Source of the DNA: an uncultured Candidatus Micrarchaeota archaeon
Lineage (GTDB): Archaea; Micrarchaeota; Micrarchaeia; Burarchaeales; Fermentimicrarchaeaceae
DNA: 64,000 nucleotides
Reading direction: 5' to 3'
Assembly: GCA_963760615.1 (NCBI GenBank)
Contig: CAVXDX010000008.1
Location: 148,722-212,721, forward strand
In this document: piece by piece, positions 26,673 through 39,438 of the stretch
Layout of the letters: every line of letters begins with the position of its first letter
Numbering within the stretch: position 1 is the stretch's first letter
The notes under the pieces: generated by a model
The model's database searches: none
What the model saw: only the letters and a program-made list of their open reading frames with translations
Told to the model about the DNA's origin: nothing
Position numbers and translations under genes: made by a program

Positions 26673-27893
26673 ATGATTCCTGACAACGAGCTTGAAAGGA
26701 TTAGAAGCGACTTCCCTATTCTGAAGAACGGGCTGGGGGGCAAGCCTATCGTATATTTTGACAGTGCATGCATGAGCCTCAGGCCTAGGCAGGTTATGCA
26801 GGTCATGAATGAGTATTACGAGGAGTATCCTGCATGCGCCGGCAGGAGCATCCATAAGCTCGGGAAGAAGGTCAACGACAAGGTTGCCGAGGCGAGGAGG
26901 ACAGTTGCAAAATTCCTGGGAGCCAAGAAAAATGAGGAGATAATCTTCACAAGGAACACCACTGAAGGGATAAACCTTGTTTCCCGCTCCCTGAAGCTGA
27001 ACAGGGGCGACGTGGTGATAACAAGCGACAGGGAGCACAACTCGAATCTGCTTCCCTGGCAGCTGCTCTCCAAAAGGAGTGGTGTTGAGCATAGGATAGT
27101 TTACTCTACCGACAATATGGAGTTTGATTTGGAGAAATTTGAGGGCATGATGAGCGACAAGGTCAAGCTTGTCTCCATGGTCCACACTTCTAACCTTGAT
27201 GGGTACACTCTTCCTGCAGGCGAGATAGTAAAGATAGCGCACGAGCACGGTGCACTTGTAATGCTTGATGGAGCGCAATCTGCTCCGCATATGCCATTGG
27301 ATATGAGAAGGCTCAACGTTGACTTCTTCGCTTTCTCCGGGCACAAGATGCTAGGCCCCGCGGGCACAGGTGTTCTGTACGGAAAGTATGAACTGCTTGA
27401 AAAAATGGAGCCCTTCATTATCGGGGGGAGCACTGTCCAGGACTCAACCTATGACTCATACATCCTCCTGAAACCGCCTGAGAAGTTTGAGGCTGGCCTG
27501 CAGAATTATGCGGGCAGTATGGGGCTTGCAGAAGCAGCTCGTTACCTTGAGAGGGTTGGGAGAGAGAAGATTGAGAAGCACGAGAATGAGCTTAACAAAT
27601 TCATCAGCGAGAGGCTTATGCAGATGGAAGGGACAAGCATAATAGGACCAAAGCAGGTTGAGCTGAGGGGAGGAAGTGTATCCTTCAACGTGGAAGGTCT
27701 GAACTTCCATGACATAGCAATAATGCTGGATGAGAAGAATATAATGGTACGCTCCGGGCAGCACTGCGTGCACTCATGGTTCAACGCCCACAAGATCCCG
27801 GGATGCGTAAGGGTGTCTTTATATTTGTACAATACAAAAGAGGAAGCAGAAAAGTTCCTGAATGTCATGACGGAGATTTCGAAACTGAGGTGA
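26673..27893 (+). CDS. SufS-type cysteine desulfurase
   Basis: YFDSACMS, REHNSN, DGAQSAPH, FSGHKMLGP, RSGQHC; SD AGGTG + 5 nt + ATG 26673. Confidence 0.9.
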   Translation: MIPDNELERIRSDFPILKNGLGGKPIVYFDSACMSLRPRQVMQVMNEYYEEYPACAGRSIHKLGKKVNDKVAEARRTVAKFLGAKKNEEIIFTRNTTEGINLVSRSLKLNRGDVVITSDREHNSNLLPWQLLSKRSGVEHRIVYSTDNMEFDLEKFEGMMSDKVKLVSMVHTSNLDGYTLPAGEIVKIAHEHGALVMLDGAQSAPHMPLDMRRLNVDFFAFSGHKMLGPAGTGVLYGKYELLEKMEPFIIGGSTVQDSTYDSYILLKPPEKFEAGLQNYAGSMGLAEAARYLERVGREKIEKHENELNKFISERLMQMEGTSIIGPKQVELRGGSVSFNVEGLNFHDIAIMLDEKNIMVRSGQHCVHSWFNAHKIPGCVRVSLYLYNTKEEAEKFLNVMTEISKLR

Positions 27894-27897
27894 GCTG

Positions 27898-28557
27898 ATG
27901 ATTTTATGCCTTGTGGCAATGATCGTATTCGGCATACTAGGAATATTCTCGGCAAAATACAGAGTATGGGCCAAGGAAGCTTTTGGATGCTTCTTCAAAA
28001 CTGTCCAGCTCAAGCCATGCGACAGCAAGCTTGACCAGAGGATAAAGTCGAAGCTCGTAGCAGGAATTATGAGGTACTCGCCATGGCTGGCAAAGCAGGT
28101 ATACAGGAATTTTGAAGTTCTATCTTGGATTTTCACAATTATTTTCTTCGCGAGCATGGCATATTCGTTATACTCCATTTACAACCTCATTGCCTACGGG
28201 AGCTGCAGCCCAGGCAGCTACTGCATATTCAATCCTGGCGCAAACATTACAAGCGGCAATACATGCAACATAACCGGCAAGTTCATTGAGTTCTACGGTG
28301 AAGGATGCCCCCACTGTGCGAATATGGTTCCAGTAGTCGCGCAGGTTGAGAATGAGACAGGCGTTAAGTTTGATAAGCTGGAGGTTTGGTACAACAGCAC
28401 CAACAAGAATATTTTCATGAATTACTCGGCGGATATAGGAAGGGACTGCCGTGGAGTTCTTGGCACGCCTACTTTCCTGAGCCTGAAAACAAACAAGTCA
28501 GTATGCGGCGAGATTAGCTCTGATGCTCTGAAGAGTTTCATCATGCAGAACGGCTAG
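27898..28557 (+). CDS. Membrane-anchored thioredoxin-fold protein
   Basis: N-terminal TM segments; EFYGEGCPHC; GTPTF. Confidence 0.78.
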   Translation: MILCLVAMIVFGILGIFSAKYRVWAKEAFGCFFKTVQLKPCDSKLDQRIKSKLVAGIMRYSPWLAKQVYRNFEVLSWIFTIIFFASMAYSLYSIYNLIAYGSCSPGSYCIFNPGANITSGNTCNITGKFIEFYGEGCPHCANMVPVVAQVENETGVKFDKLEVWYNSTNKNIFMNYSADIGRDCRGVLGTPTFLSLKTNKSVCGEISSDALKSFIMQNG

Positions 28558-28997
28558 GTTTCAAGCCTCCTGCAGAATACGTAGAACCTCTCTCCGTTCT
28601 TCTCAAGCTCTTTTTTGAGGATGAAACCGTGCCTCTCGTAGAAATGTATTGCCGTGGGATTATCGCACCTAACATTGAGGTATAATATCCTCTTCCCATT
28701 TTCCGTTGAGAACTCAATTGTCTTCCTAATGAGCGCGTCGCCGACTCCACGGCCTCTGAATTTCTCATCCACGGCCATGCCCATCAGCTTTGCCGTTTTT
28801 TGTCTTAGCCTTATATCAACAAAACCCACAACCTCGGAGTTTACGACAGCAACAAAGTAGTTGTAGCCGAGCGATAGCCTCCAGGCTACTTTTGAAGGCG
28901 TCATCCTCATATGCGGGAAGTTCCTGTTGGTCAGCCTTGCGACAGCCTCGAAATCTCCTTCCTCAATATTTCGTATTAATGGCTCGAAGAGAGTCGT
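28554..28997 (-). CDS. GNAT (RimI-like) N-acetyltransferase; probable ACG start
   Basis: MAVDEKFRGRGVG, NPTAIHFYERHGF. A GNAT N-terminal segment (LIRNIEEGDFEAVARL) lies in frame upstream of the ATG at 28910. Confidence 0.82.
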   Translation of the reverse strand, partial: TTLFEPLIRNIEEGDFEAVARLTNRNFPHMRMTPSKVAWRLSLGYNYFVAVVNSEVVGFVDIRLRQKTAKLMGMAVDEKFRGRGVGDALIRKTIEFSTENGKRILYLNVRCDNPTAIHFYERHGFILKKELEKNGERFYVFCRRLET

Positions 28998-29076
28998 AAA
29001 AACACCTCTACGGATAATATTTTAAGAGTGTAGTTTTAATATTTGGAGTATAAATTCAGTTGCTCGGGTTGAGTGA

Positions 29077-29634
29077 ATGCGTATAAAAGAGTTGTTCCAA
29101 GGAATTGCAATGGGGTTAATGGATGGTCTGATTACGCTGCTCGGGATTATTGTTGGAGTTGGAGTGGCAACAGATGATGCGAAAGTAGTCATAATCTCCG
29201 GACTGATTGGCGGAATTTCAAACAGCTTCGGCACGTCAATCGGATTTTATACATCAGAAAACGCGGAGAGGGGCCAGCAGATAGAATTTTATAAAAAGAG
29301 CAAGGGTACTAGGAAAGATTTGCAGTATATACATTCGCATACAGAGATAATTGGTAGCGCAGTACTAAGTTTTATTGCAGGCGCTTTTGCCATAGTACTA
29401 CCACTTCTTCCCTTCTTCCTTCTTTCAGATATAATGGCTAGCATGGTAAGCTCTTTGGTGATATCTGCTATGCTGCTCTTCGTGCTCGGGTATTATATTG
29501 GGAAGATAAATGAAACTGATAGGTTAAGAAGCGGATTGAAATATGCTTTTTTGGGAATTATGAGTTCCATTGTTGCCTTTGTTTTGGGAGAGATTCTCAG
29601 GCGTTTTATTGAGGAAAAAAGTGGAATCTGGTAG
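29077..29634 (+). CDS. VIT1/CCC1 family Fe/Mn transporter
   Basis: GLMDGLITLLGIIVG, GGISNSFG, SENAE, LPLLPF. Confidence 0.85.
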   Translation: MRIKELFQGIAMGLMDGLITLLGIIVGVGVATDDAKVVIISGLIGGISNSFGTSIGFYTSENAERGQQIEFYKKSKGTRKDLQYIHSHTEIIGSAVLSFIAGAFAIVLPLLPFFLLSDIMASMVSSLVISAMLLFVLGYYIGKINETDRLRSGLKYAFLGIMSSIVAFVLGEILRRFIEEKSGIW

Positions 29635-29710
29635 AGCTGAGTTCAAAGTAACCAAGCGAAAGATGAAACTTTACAATAGTTTTTTAATAAGTATGCATAA
29701 AAATTATTGC

Positions 29711-30265
29711 ATGGAAAATCTAGTACCTAAAAAAATGTTTTTGACAAAAGGCGTTGGAAAGGATGTAGACCCTTTGTCCTCTTTTGAGCGCGCCTTGAAG
29801 GATGCGGGAATCGAGAGATGCAACCTAGTGAACGTCTCGAGTATCCTGTCGCCAGAATGCGATATAATTCCAAGAGAGAAGGGCGTGGAGCTGCTCAAAC
29901 CAGGGCAGATAACCTTTGTGGTGATGAGCAGAAACTCCTCCAATGAGCCCAACAGGCTTATATCTGCATCAATTGGAGTTGCCGTACCTGCGGATAAAAG
30001 TGCCTACGGGTATCTTAGCGAATACCACTCATTTGGGGAGACTGATGAGAAAGCCGGGGATAAGGCAGAGGATTTGGCTGCGAGCATGCTTGCATCCACC
30101 TTGGGAATAGATTTTGATATGAACCAGAGCTGGGATGAGAAGGAGCAGCTCTTCAAGCTCAGCGGCAAGATAGTCAGAACAAGGAACATCGCCCAGTCCA
30201 CTATTGTTGACAAGGACGGAATGTGGATGACTGTGATAGCAGCTGCAGTCCTGCTTCTTGATTAG
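29711..30265 (+). CDS. pdaD: Pyruvoyl-dependent arginine decarboxylase
   Basis: SFERALKDAGIERCNLVNVSSIL (S|S cleavage site); GYLSEYHSFG. Confidence 0.92.
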   Translation: MENLVPKKMFLTKGVGKDVDPLSSFERALKDAGIERCNLVNVSSILSPECDIIPREKGVELLKPGQITFVVMSRNSSNEPNRLISASIGVAVPADKSAYGYLSEYHSFGETDEKAGDKAEDLAASMLASTLGIDFDMNQSWDEKEQLFKLSGKIVRTRNIAQSTIVDKDGMWMTVIAAAVLLLD

Positions 30266-30270
30266 GCTAA

Positions 30271-31767
30271 TTAGCTTAGGGCACTCGCTCCTTCTATGTC
30301 TACTGGGCAGAAGTCATCGGTCAAGAGGGCATCAGCCGATGTGTTTATATCTTTTTCATAATAGTGATTCGCCAGCTCGCGTGTGCTGTTGTCGCTCGAG
30401 CGCTGGTTCACCAGCGATATGAAATCCGCCTTGCTTCCATAGCTGACATCGGTTGCAAACATCACAACGTTTTGCAGTGATGTGTAGTTCCCGTACATTG
30501 TTGGAAACAGGTACACGTTTTTGAAACTGCTTTTGTAGACTCTAGTTAGTGACCCCAGCAAGGCTGCTTTCGGCCCCTCGACTGGAGATATGATGTTTAC
30601 TAGAACAATGCCGTTGGGATTCAGATGGGATTTCAACTCCTCAACAAATTCCACCGTTGTGAGGTGGAAGGGAGGAATGACTGCTATGTACGCATCCACA
30701 ACGATATAGTCATACTTCTCGTTTGAATTTTTTAGTAAGATGCGCCCGTCACCAATTTCAGTTCTCATTCTTTCAGTCTCTGAAAAGTTGAAGAATCTTT
30801 TTGCAACATCCAATATCTCTGGGTCTATCTCAGCCACCGTGATATCCGCATCTGTCTTTCTGTGCATGTCCATGGGCATGACACCTCCGCCAAGCCCAAT
30901 GAAAAAAGCCTTTTTTATGTCCGGTTTCAGCACGTATATCAGCTTCTGGTATTTTTGGTAGTCAAGCAGTGGGTTTGCCGGGTTTAGGGAAACTCTCGTC
31001 TGAGCAAAGTATGGGGATATATAAATCGTCCTAATGGTTTTGTCAGGTGAATCCATAACCCGCATATACTGGTAGAGGGAGTAATTCTCGTATAGGAGTT
31101 TGTTTTGCGAGGGTGCGAAGTTCATCGGTTGCGGGACTATAGAGTTTACAGCTAGGCCAAGCATAAGGGGGAATATTCCCTTCTTGCCAAGGAATAAAAC
31201 TGAATTGGCTATGAGGATGATGCTGAGGGAGAAGAGAATCGCCTTGATTCCCATGTTCGGCATTATGTAGAAACCTGTCAGCAGGGTCCCCAGGATGCTG
31301 CCAACTGTTGATATTGCGTATATATTCCCTGAAATCTCGCCTATAACCCTCAGCTTTTTGGCGCTTAGTTTTATCAGATAAGGAGATATCATTGCAAGTA
31401 GTATGCTGGGAATTGAGAAAAGGCAGATGGATCCAAGAATTGGGCCGTACATTATGCCCAGATAGGAGGAAAAGTTCAGTATTGGGTAGGAGATAAGCGG
31501 GATTACGGCTATGGATAGGCCTGAGAGGATGTATATCAACGCTACATAATTGCCCTCTGGTTTTCTGTCCGCCAGCTTGCCTCCCAAAAAGTATCCAACT
31601 GCAAGGGAGGCCATCATCACAGAGATTACCCCTATCCACGTGAAGATGGAACTGCCGAGGAATGGCTCAAGTATCCTTGTCGCAATTATCTCCAGCACCA
31701 TCATTGACGACCCTGAGATGAGGGCGGAGATGTAGATTGTAAGGGTGAGCGAATGCTTGCCTATCAT
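30271..31767 (-). CDS. Fused membrane domain / spermidine synthase-like methyltransferase
   Basis: About 7 TM helices (GSSMMVLEI.., YAISTVGSILG); IGLGGG, AEIDPE, DGR, VDAY. Confidence 0.85.
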   Translation of the reverse strand: MIGKHSLTLTIYISALISGSSMMVLEIIATRILEPFLGSSIFTWIGVISVMMASLAVGYFLGGKLADRKPEGNYVALIYILSGLSIAVIPLISYPILNFSSYLGIMYGPILGSICLFSIPSILLAMISPYLIKLSAKKLRVIGEISGNIYAISTVGSILGTLLTGFYIMPNMGIKAILFSLSIILIANSVLFLGKKGIFPLMLGLAVNSIVPQPMNFAPSQNKLLYENYSLYQYMRVMDSPDKTIRTIYISPYFAQTRVSLNPANPLLDYQKYQKLIYVLKPDIKKAFFIGLGGGVMPMDMHRKTDADITVAEIDPEILDVAKRFFNFSETERMRTEIGDGRILLKNSNEKYDYIVVDAYIAVIPPFHLTTVEFVEELKSHLNPNGIVLVNIISPVEGPKAALLGSLTRVYKSSFKNVYLFPTMYGNYTSLQNVVMFATDVSYGSKADFISLVNQRSSDNSTRELANHYYEKDINTSADALLTDDFCPVDIEGASALS

Positions 31768-31908
31768 TTTATCACAAAATGATTTCGCATGATAATTTTA
31801 AATGAATATGCGGCTTCTGAGAATGAAATCTTTAAATACGGCATAAGAATGCTGATTCCAGCAGGGATAGGTCTGGTTGCGTAACTGCTGTCCGTGCCCC
31901 TAAAGAGC

Positions 31909-34098
31909 TCAGTCCATGAAATCCTGTGGGGTAGGTGGCTCCTTCTTATCTCCTTTCCTCTCTCTTATCTGCCCCACTACCTTGTCCTGCAAATCTTTTG
32001 GAAGCCTCTCAAAGCCTGCATATTCATAATACCAGAGAGCCCTTCCCTGAGTTGCTCCACGTATGTCATCTGAGAAGCCGAACATGTCTGAGACAGGAAC
32101 CTTGGCCGTGAGGGTGACTATCTCCTCCTCCTGCTGTATATCAAGAATCTGGCCCCTCCTTGCCTGGACCTGCGATATGACTGGCCCCATGTACTCCTGC
32201 GGAGCCTGCACAAGCAGCTTCTGTTTTGGCTCAAGCAGCACTGTCCCTGCAATCAGCATTGCTGCGTAGATGGGCCTCCTTATTGCGGGTATTATCTGGG
32301 CAGGCCCTCTGTGCACCGGGTCCTCGTGTATTGTTGCATCAGTAATCTTCACCTTGACCCCCGTAACCTTCTCCTTGGCAAGCGGGCCGAGGTTCACTGC
32401 TTCCTCAAAGCCCTGTATGAGAAGCTCCATCACCTCATTCATGTATTGTATGCCCCGGGTCATATCTATGAGCAGGCATTTGTTGAATACATCCTTGACG
32501 TTCTTTGCCTCCTCCCTGTCCAGCCCCCCCTCTATGAAAACGTCAACAAGCTTCTTTCCCTTTGGCTTGCCCTCCGGAATCTCTCCTTCACTCATCTTCT
32601 TGTAGACTCCCTCCTCAAGAGGTTCTACGATCACCTTGAATTTGCTGTGCTTGTTTGGTGATTTTCCCTCAACGGGGCCTGCCGGTCCAGTTATCGTCTC
32701 CCTGTAAACAACTATCGGCTTTGAAGTCTCTATCTCAATCTTGCCTTCCTTCAAAACCTTGTACTCGACTATCTCAAGGTGCAGCTCACCCATTCCCGAG
32801 ATGAGGTGCTCTCCAGTCTCCTGGTTTATCTCAACCTTTATGGTTGGGTCCTCCTTTGCGAGCTTTCTCAGCACCTCAACGAGTTTCACCAGATCCTTGG
32901 TGTTCTTGGCCTCTATGGATTTTGTAACAACAGGTTCGGAGTAGTGCTTTATCTGCTCAAACGGCTCTATCTTCTCCTCGCTTACAGTTTCCCCTACATA
33001 TAGGTTGTGGAGCCCCACAACGGCTGCTATATTGCCGGCAGGAACTTCCTCCACCATAACCCTGTCAGGACCCATGTAAACGCCAACCTGCTGAATCTTC
33101 TCAGTCTGAAGTGTGGATGCAACAGTAACCTCAACCCCCTTTTTCACAGTGCCTGAAAATACACGGCCTATGCCAACCTCTCCTGCATGCTCGTCTATGA
33201 CGACACCGAATACAATCATGCACACCTTCGCCTTTGGATCGCAGTTTGTCATTCCCTTCCCAGTCTCGCTCTCCAAATCGCCCTTCCACAGTGTCTGAAT
33301 TCTGTATTTCTGCGCCACTGCGGGGTTTGGAAGGTGCTTCACAGCCATCTCAAGCAGAACCTCCTCCAGAGGGGCTTTCTCAACAAGCGATTTGTGGTCC
33401 TCAATACTGCAATACTTGTATACATCCTTGAAGGTCAGCTTGGTTTTCTGCATGAACGGGAAGCTCAGGCCCCACTTGTTGTAGGCAGAGCCGAAAGCCA
33501 CGTTGCCCTTCTCTACCGTTATGAGCCACTCCTCCTTGAATTCCTTCGAGCCGTAGCGGTGTATCAAGTCATTGACGGACTTTATTATCTTGGTAAGCCT
33601 GTCCTGCATATCCTCAGGCCCCAGCTTTAATTCATTTATCAGCCTGTCAATCTTGTTTATGAATAGAACTGGCTTCGCCTTCTCCTTCAATGCTTGCCTG
33701 AGAACAGTTTCTGTCTGAGGCATCACTCCTTCAACCGAGTCTATCACCAGGATGGCACCGTCAATTGCTCGCATTGCCCTTGTCACATGCCCTCCAAAGT
33801 CTATGTGCCCGGGGGTGTCTATAAGGTTTATCAGGTAGTCCTTCCCACCATGGTGGAACCCCAGGGATATGTCTGATGCCTTTATGGTCATGCTCCTCTG
33901 CTGCTCTATCTCCTCCGAGTCCATCACCTTCAGCTCGCCGGCAAGCTCCTTTGAGATAAGGCCTGCTCCTGCAACAAGAGAATCTGTCAGGGTTGTCTTA
34001 CCATGGTCCACATGGGCGATTATCGCTATGTTCCTTATGTGCTCTGGCTCGTACATGAGTTTCTGAACTTCGTCTACGACAAACTCTTTTCTGACCAT
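31909..34098 (-). CDS. fusA: Translation elongation factor aEF-2
   Basis: AHVDHGKTT, DTPGHIDF, NKID, GMGELHL, diphthamide loop HEDPVHRGPAQ. Confidence 0.97.
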   Translation of the reverse strand: MVRKEFVVDEVQKLMYEPEHIRNIAIIAHVDHGKTTLTDSLVAGAGLISKELAGELKVMDSEEIEQQRSMTIKASDISLGFHHGGKDYLINLIDTPGHIDFGGHVTRAMRAIDGAILVIDSVEGVMPQTETVLRQALKEKAKPVLFINKIDRLINELKLGPEDMQDRLTKIIKSVNDLIHRYGSKEFKEEWLITVEKGNVAFGSAYNKWGLSFPFMQKTKLTFKDVYKYCSIEDHKSLVEKAPLEEVLLEMAVKHLPNPAVAQKYRIQTLWKGDLESETGKGMTNCDPKAKVCMIVFGVVIDEHAGEVGIGRVFSGTVKKGVEVTVASTLQTEKIQQVGVYMGPDRVMVEEVPAGNIAAVVGLHNLYVGETVSEEKIEPFEQIKHYSEPVVTKSIEAKNTKDLVKLVEVLRKLAKEDPTIKVEINQETGEHLISGMGELHLEIVEYKVLKEGKIEIETSKPIVVYRETITGPAGPVEGKSPNKHSKFKVIVEPLEEGVYKKMSEGEIPEGKPKGKKLVDVFIEGGLDREEAKNVKDVFNKCLLIDMTRGIQYMNEVMELLIQGFEEAVNLGPLAKEKVTGVKVKITDATIHEDPVHRGPAQIIPAIRRPIYAAMLIAGTVLLEPKQKLLVQAPQEYMGPVISQVQARRGQILDIQQEEEIVTLTAKVPVSDMFGFSDDIRGATQGRALWYYEYAGFERLPKDLQDKVVGQIRERKGDKKEPPTPQDFMD

Positions 34099-34114
34099 AG
34101 AATCACCAAAGAGG

Positions 34115-34717
34115 TTACCTGGCGCTCCTTGCCATTCTCTCAGTCTCGTCCCTCTTCTTTATTGCATAGCTGTTCGGGTCATTCTTCGCAGCAAGGGTTA
34201 TCTCATCGGCAAGTGCCTCGGAAAGAGTCTTCTTCTTGTCAAAAGCGCCTATAATTGCGGACAGGCTGATATTTCTCAGCGCCATATCCAGCCTCCTTCC
34301 TGCTGAAACATCAACAGCAACTTGGTATGAGACTCCTCCGTACTGCACCCTTGTGGTATCCTCCCTAGGAGCAGTATTCTGGATGGCATCAATAAAAACC
34401 TGAACAGGGTTTGACTTGGTTGACCGGGCTATGGAATCGAAAGCCTCCTCGACAATTTTCATTGCCGTGAACTTCTTCCCCTGCAGCCTCCCGTGGGTCC
34501 TTATCACCTTTCCTGACGTCTTCTCCCCTGTTCCTCCCCTCATGAGCTTGTTCACAAGCCTCTCTACAATATTGACCTTCATCTTCCCGAACTGCTTGTT
34601 GGTATGCCTGCCGTGGGAATGGGGTATTGAAACTGGTGAAAGGTCTATGTATTTCTTGAGGCTAGGGTCTGTGACCTGGACCTCGGTCATGTCATATTTG
34701 TCGAAGATTTTTTCCAT
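34115..34717 (-). CDS. rps7: 30S ribosomal protein uS7
   Basis: IVERLVNKLM, APRED, ERMARSAR. Confidence 0.96.
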   Translation of the reverse strand: MEKIFDKYDMTEVQVTDPSLKKYIDLSPVSIPHSHGRHTNKQFGKMKVNIVERLVNKLMRGGTGEKTSGKVIRTHGRLQGKKFTAMKIVEEAFDSIARSTKSNPVQVFIDAIQNTAPREDTTRVQYGGVSYQVAVDVSAGRRLDMALRNISLSAIIGAFDKKKTLSEALADEITLAAKNDPNSYAIKKRDETERMARSAR

Positions 34718-34722
34718 CTCAA

Positions 34723-35151
34723 CTACCTCTTGGGCTTCTCCTTCCTGCCTATCCTCACATCCTCAAGCGGGACTCCGTTGACTGCAACAACCTTGTACCT
34801 GACTCCCGGGATGGAACCCACCTGCCCCCTCTGTGAGCCCCCAAGTCCTTCTATAGTGACCTCATCATGCTCGTCTATGAAGCTTATTGCTCCGTCTTTT
34901 GGAGCGAAGACAGTGATTATCTTTCCATTCTTGATGAGCTGCACCCTCACGCATTTTATCAAGCCTGAGTGAGGCTGCTTCTGCTCAAGCGCCTTCTTCT
35001 CAAGAACGATGCCCTTGGCCTGGGGCGAACCCTCAAGCGGGTCGAACCTGTCCTTGAGCCTGAGCTTCCTCCTCTTCCAGGGCTTCTTCAGCCATTTCAT
35101 CTTCTGTCTTTTCCTTTTCAAATCCCTTGCTGCGAACTCTCCTCTCCCCAT
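34723..35151 (-). CDS. rps12: 30S ribosomal protein uS12
   Basis: [29 protein letters not shown]. Confidence 0.96.
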   Translation of the reverse strand: MGRGEFAARDLKRKRQKMKWLKKPWKRRKLRLKDRFDPLEGSPQAKGIVLEKKALEQKQPHSGLIKCVRVQLIKNGKIITVFAPKDGAISFIDEHDEVTIEGLGGSQRGQVGSIPGVRYKVVAVNGVPLEDVRIGRKEKPKR

Positions 35152-35159
35152 ATATCCAC

Positions 35160-35576
35160 CTAGAACAACTTCAAATCCATACCAAAATACCTTTGCATTA
35201 GCATCCTCGCCATCTTCACTTTCTCTCCGTTCCTCCCTATTGCCGTCCCCCTGTCTCTTGGGTCAACAGTTATCTGAACAATCCTGCTTGCCCCAGAATC
35301 ATCAATTTTGAGACTTTTTATTTCAACCGCAGAGAATATATTTCTTACGAACCTCTCTGGCTCTTCTGCATATTCAACGACCTCAACCCTCCTCCTGAAA
35401 GCATCTCTCACCCTCATTATTGCGCTGCCGCCCTTTCCAATTGCCCTTCCGAGCTCCCCCTCGCTTACCACGAAGATGGCAGTATCCTTGTCTACCACAC
35501 AATCCCTAGCAGAGGCACCGGTGAGCTGCTGGAAGAGCGTCATGCACTTGATGTCATCATTGGTCAGCTTCACCAA
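35160..35576 (-). CDS. nusA: NusA-like transcription factor (archaeal, 2 KH)
   Basis: GRAIGKGG and [10 protein letters not shown] motifs; operon position. Confidence 0.92.
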   Translation of the reverse strand: MVKLTNDDIKCMTLFQQLTGASARDCVVDKDTAIFVVSEGELGRAIGKGGSAIMRVRDAFRRRVEVVEYAEEPERFVRNIFSAVEIKSLKIDDSGASRIVQITVDPRDRGTAIGRNGEKVKMARMLMQRYFGMDLKLF

Positions 35577-35580
35577 GCAA

Positions 35581-35880
35581 TCACTTCACAAGCTCTAGTA
35601 TGTTGGAGTTCCCTGGGTCATGTATGCTCAATGCAGAAATCGGAAATGGTTTTCCGCATAAGGAGCCTAACTCCAAAGATGTGCCGTTGAATTCATGCAC
35701 AGCAGTTTTTGACAACTTAGAATAATATGAGATATCTTCTTTAAATTTCTTTGGGCAGTTGCTTGAGACAACTATGAGCCTTACCTCCCCGCTTGAGGCG
35801 AGGCGCAACGCACGGTTAACCCCGAACTCCACCTTGCCAGTGTCCACGGCCATCCTTATTGCTTTGTCAATATCTACCAT
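35581..35880 (-). CDS. rpl30e: 50S ribosomal protein eL30
   Basis: AVDTGKVEFG, SLELGSLCGKPF. Confidence 0.95.
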   Translation of the reverse strand: MVDIDKAIRMAVDTGKVEFGVNRALRLASSGEVRLIVVSSNCPKKFKEDISYYSKLSKTAVHEFNGTSLELGSLCGKPFPISALSIHDPGNSNILELVK

Positions 35881-35884
35881 AGAA

Positions 35885-39434
<3,550 letters not shown>

Positions 39435-39438
39435 TCCA

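Noticed and set aside
26643-27344. Long antisense or alternate-frame ORFs (e.g. 26643-27344, 37974-38768, 45535-46269, 54917-56047)
   Set aside because: They overlap well-supported genes and lack motifs; these are typical shadow ORFs.
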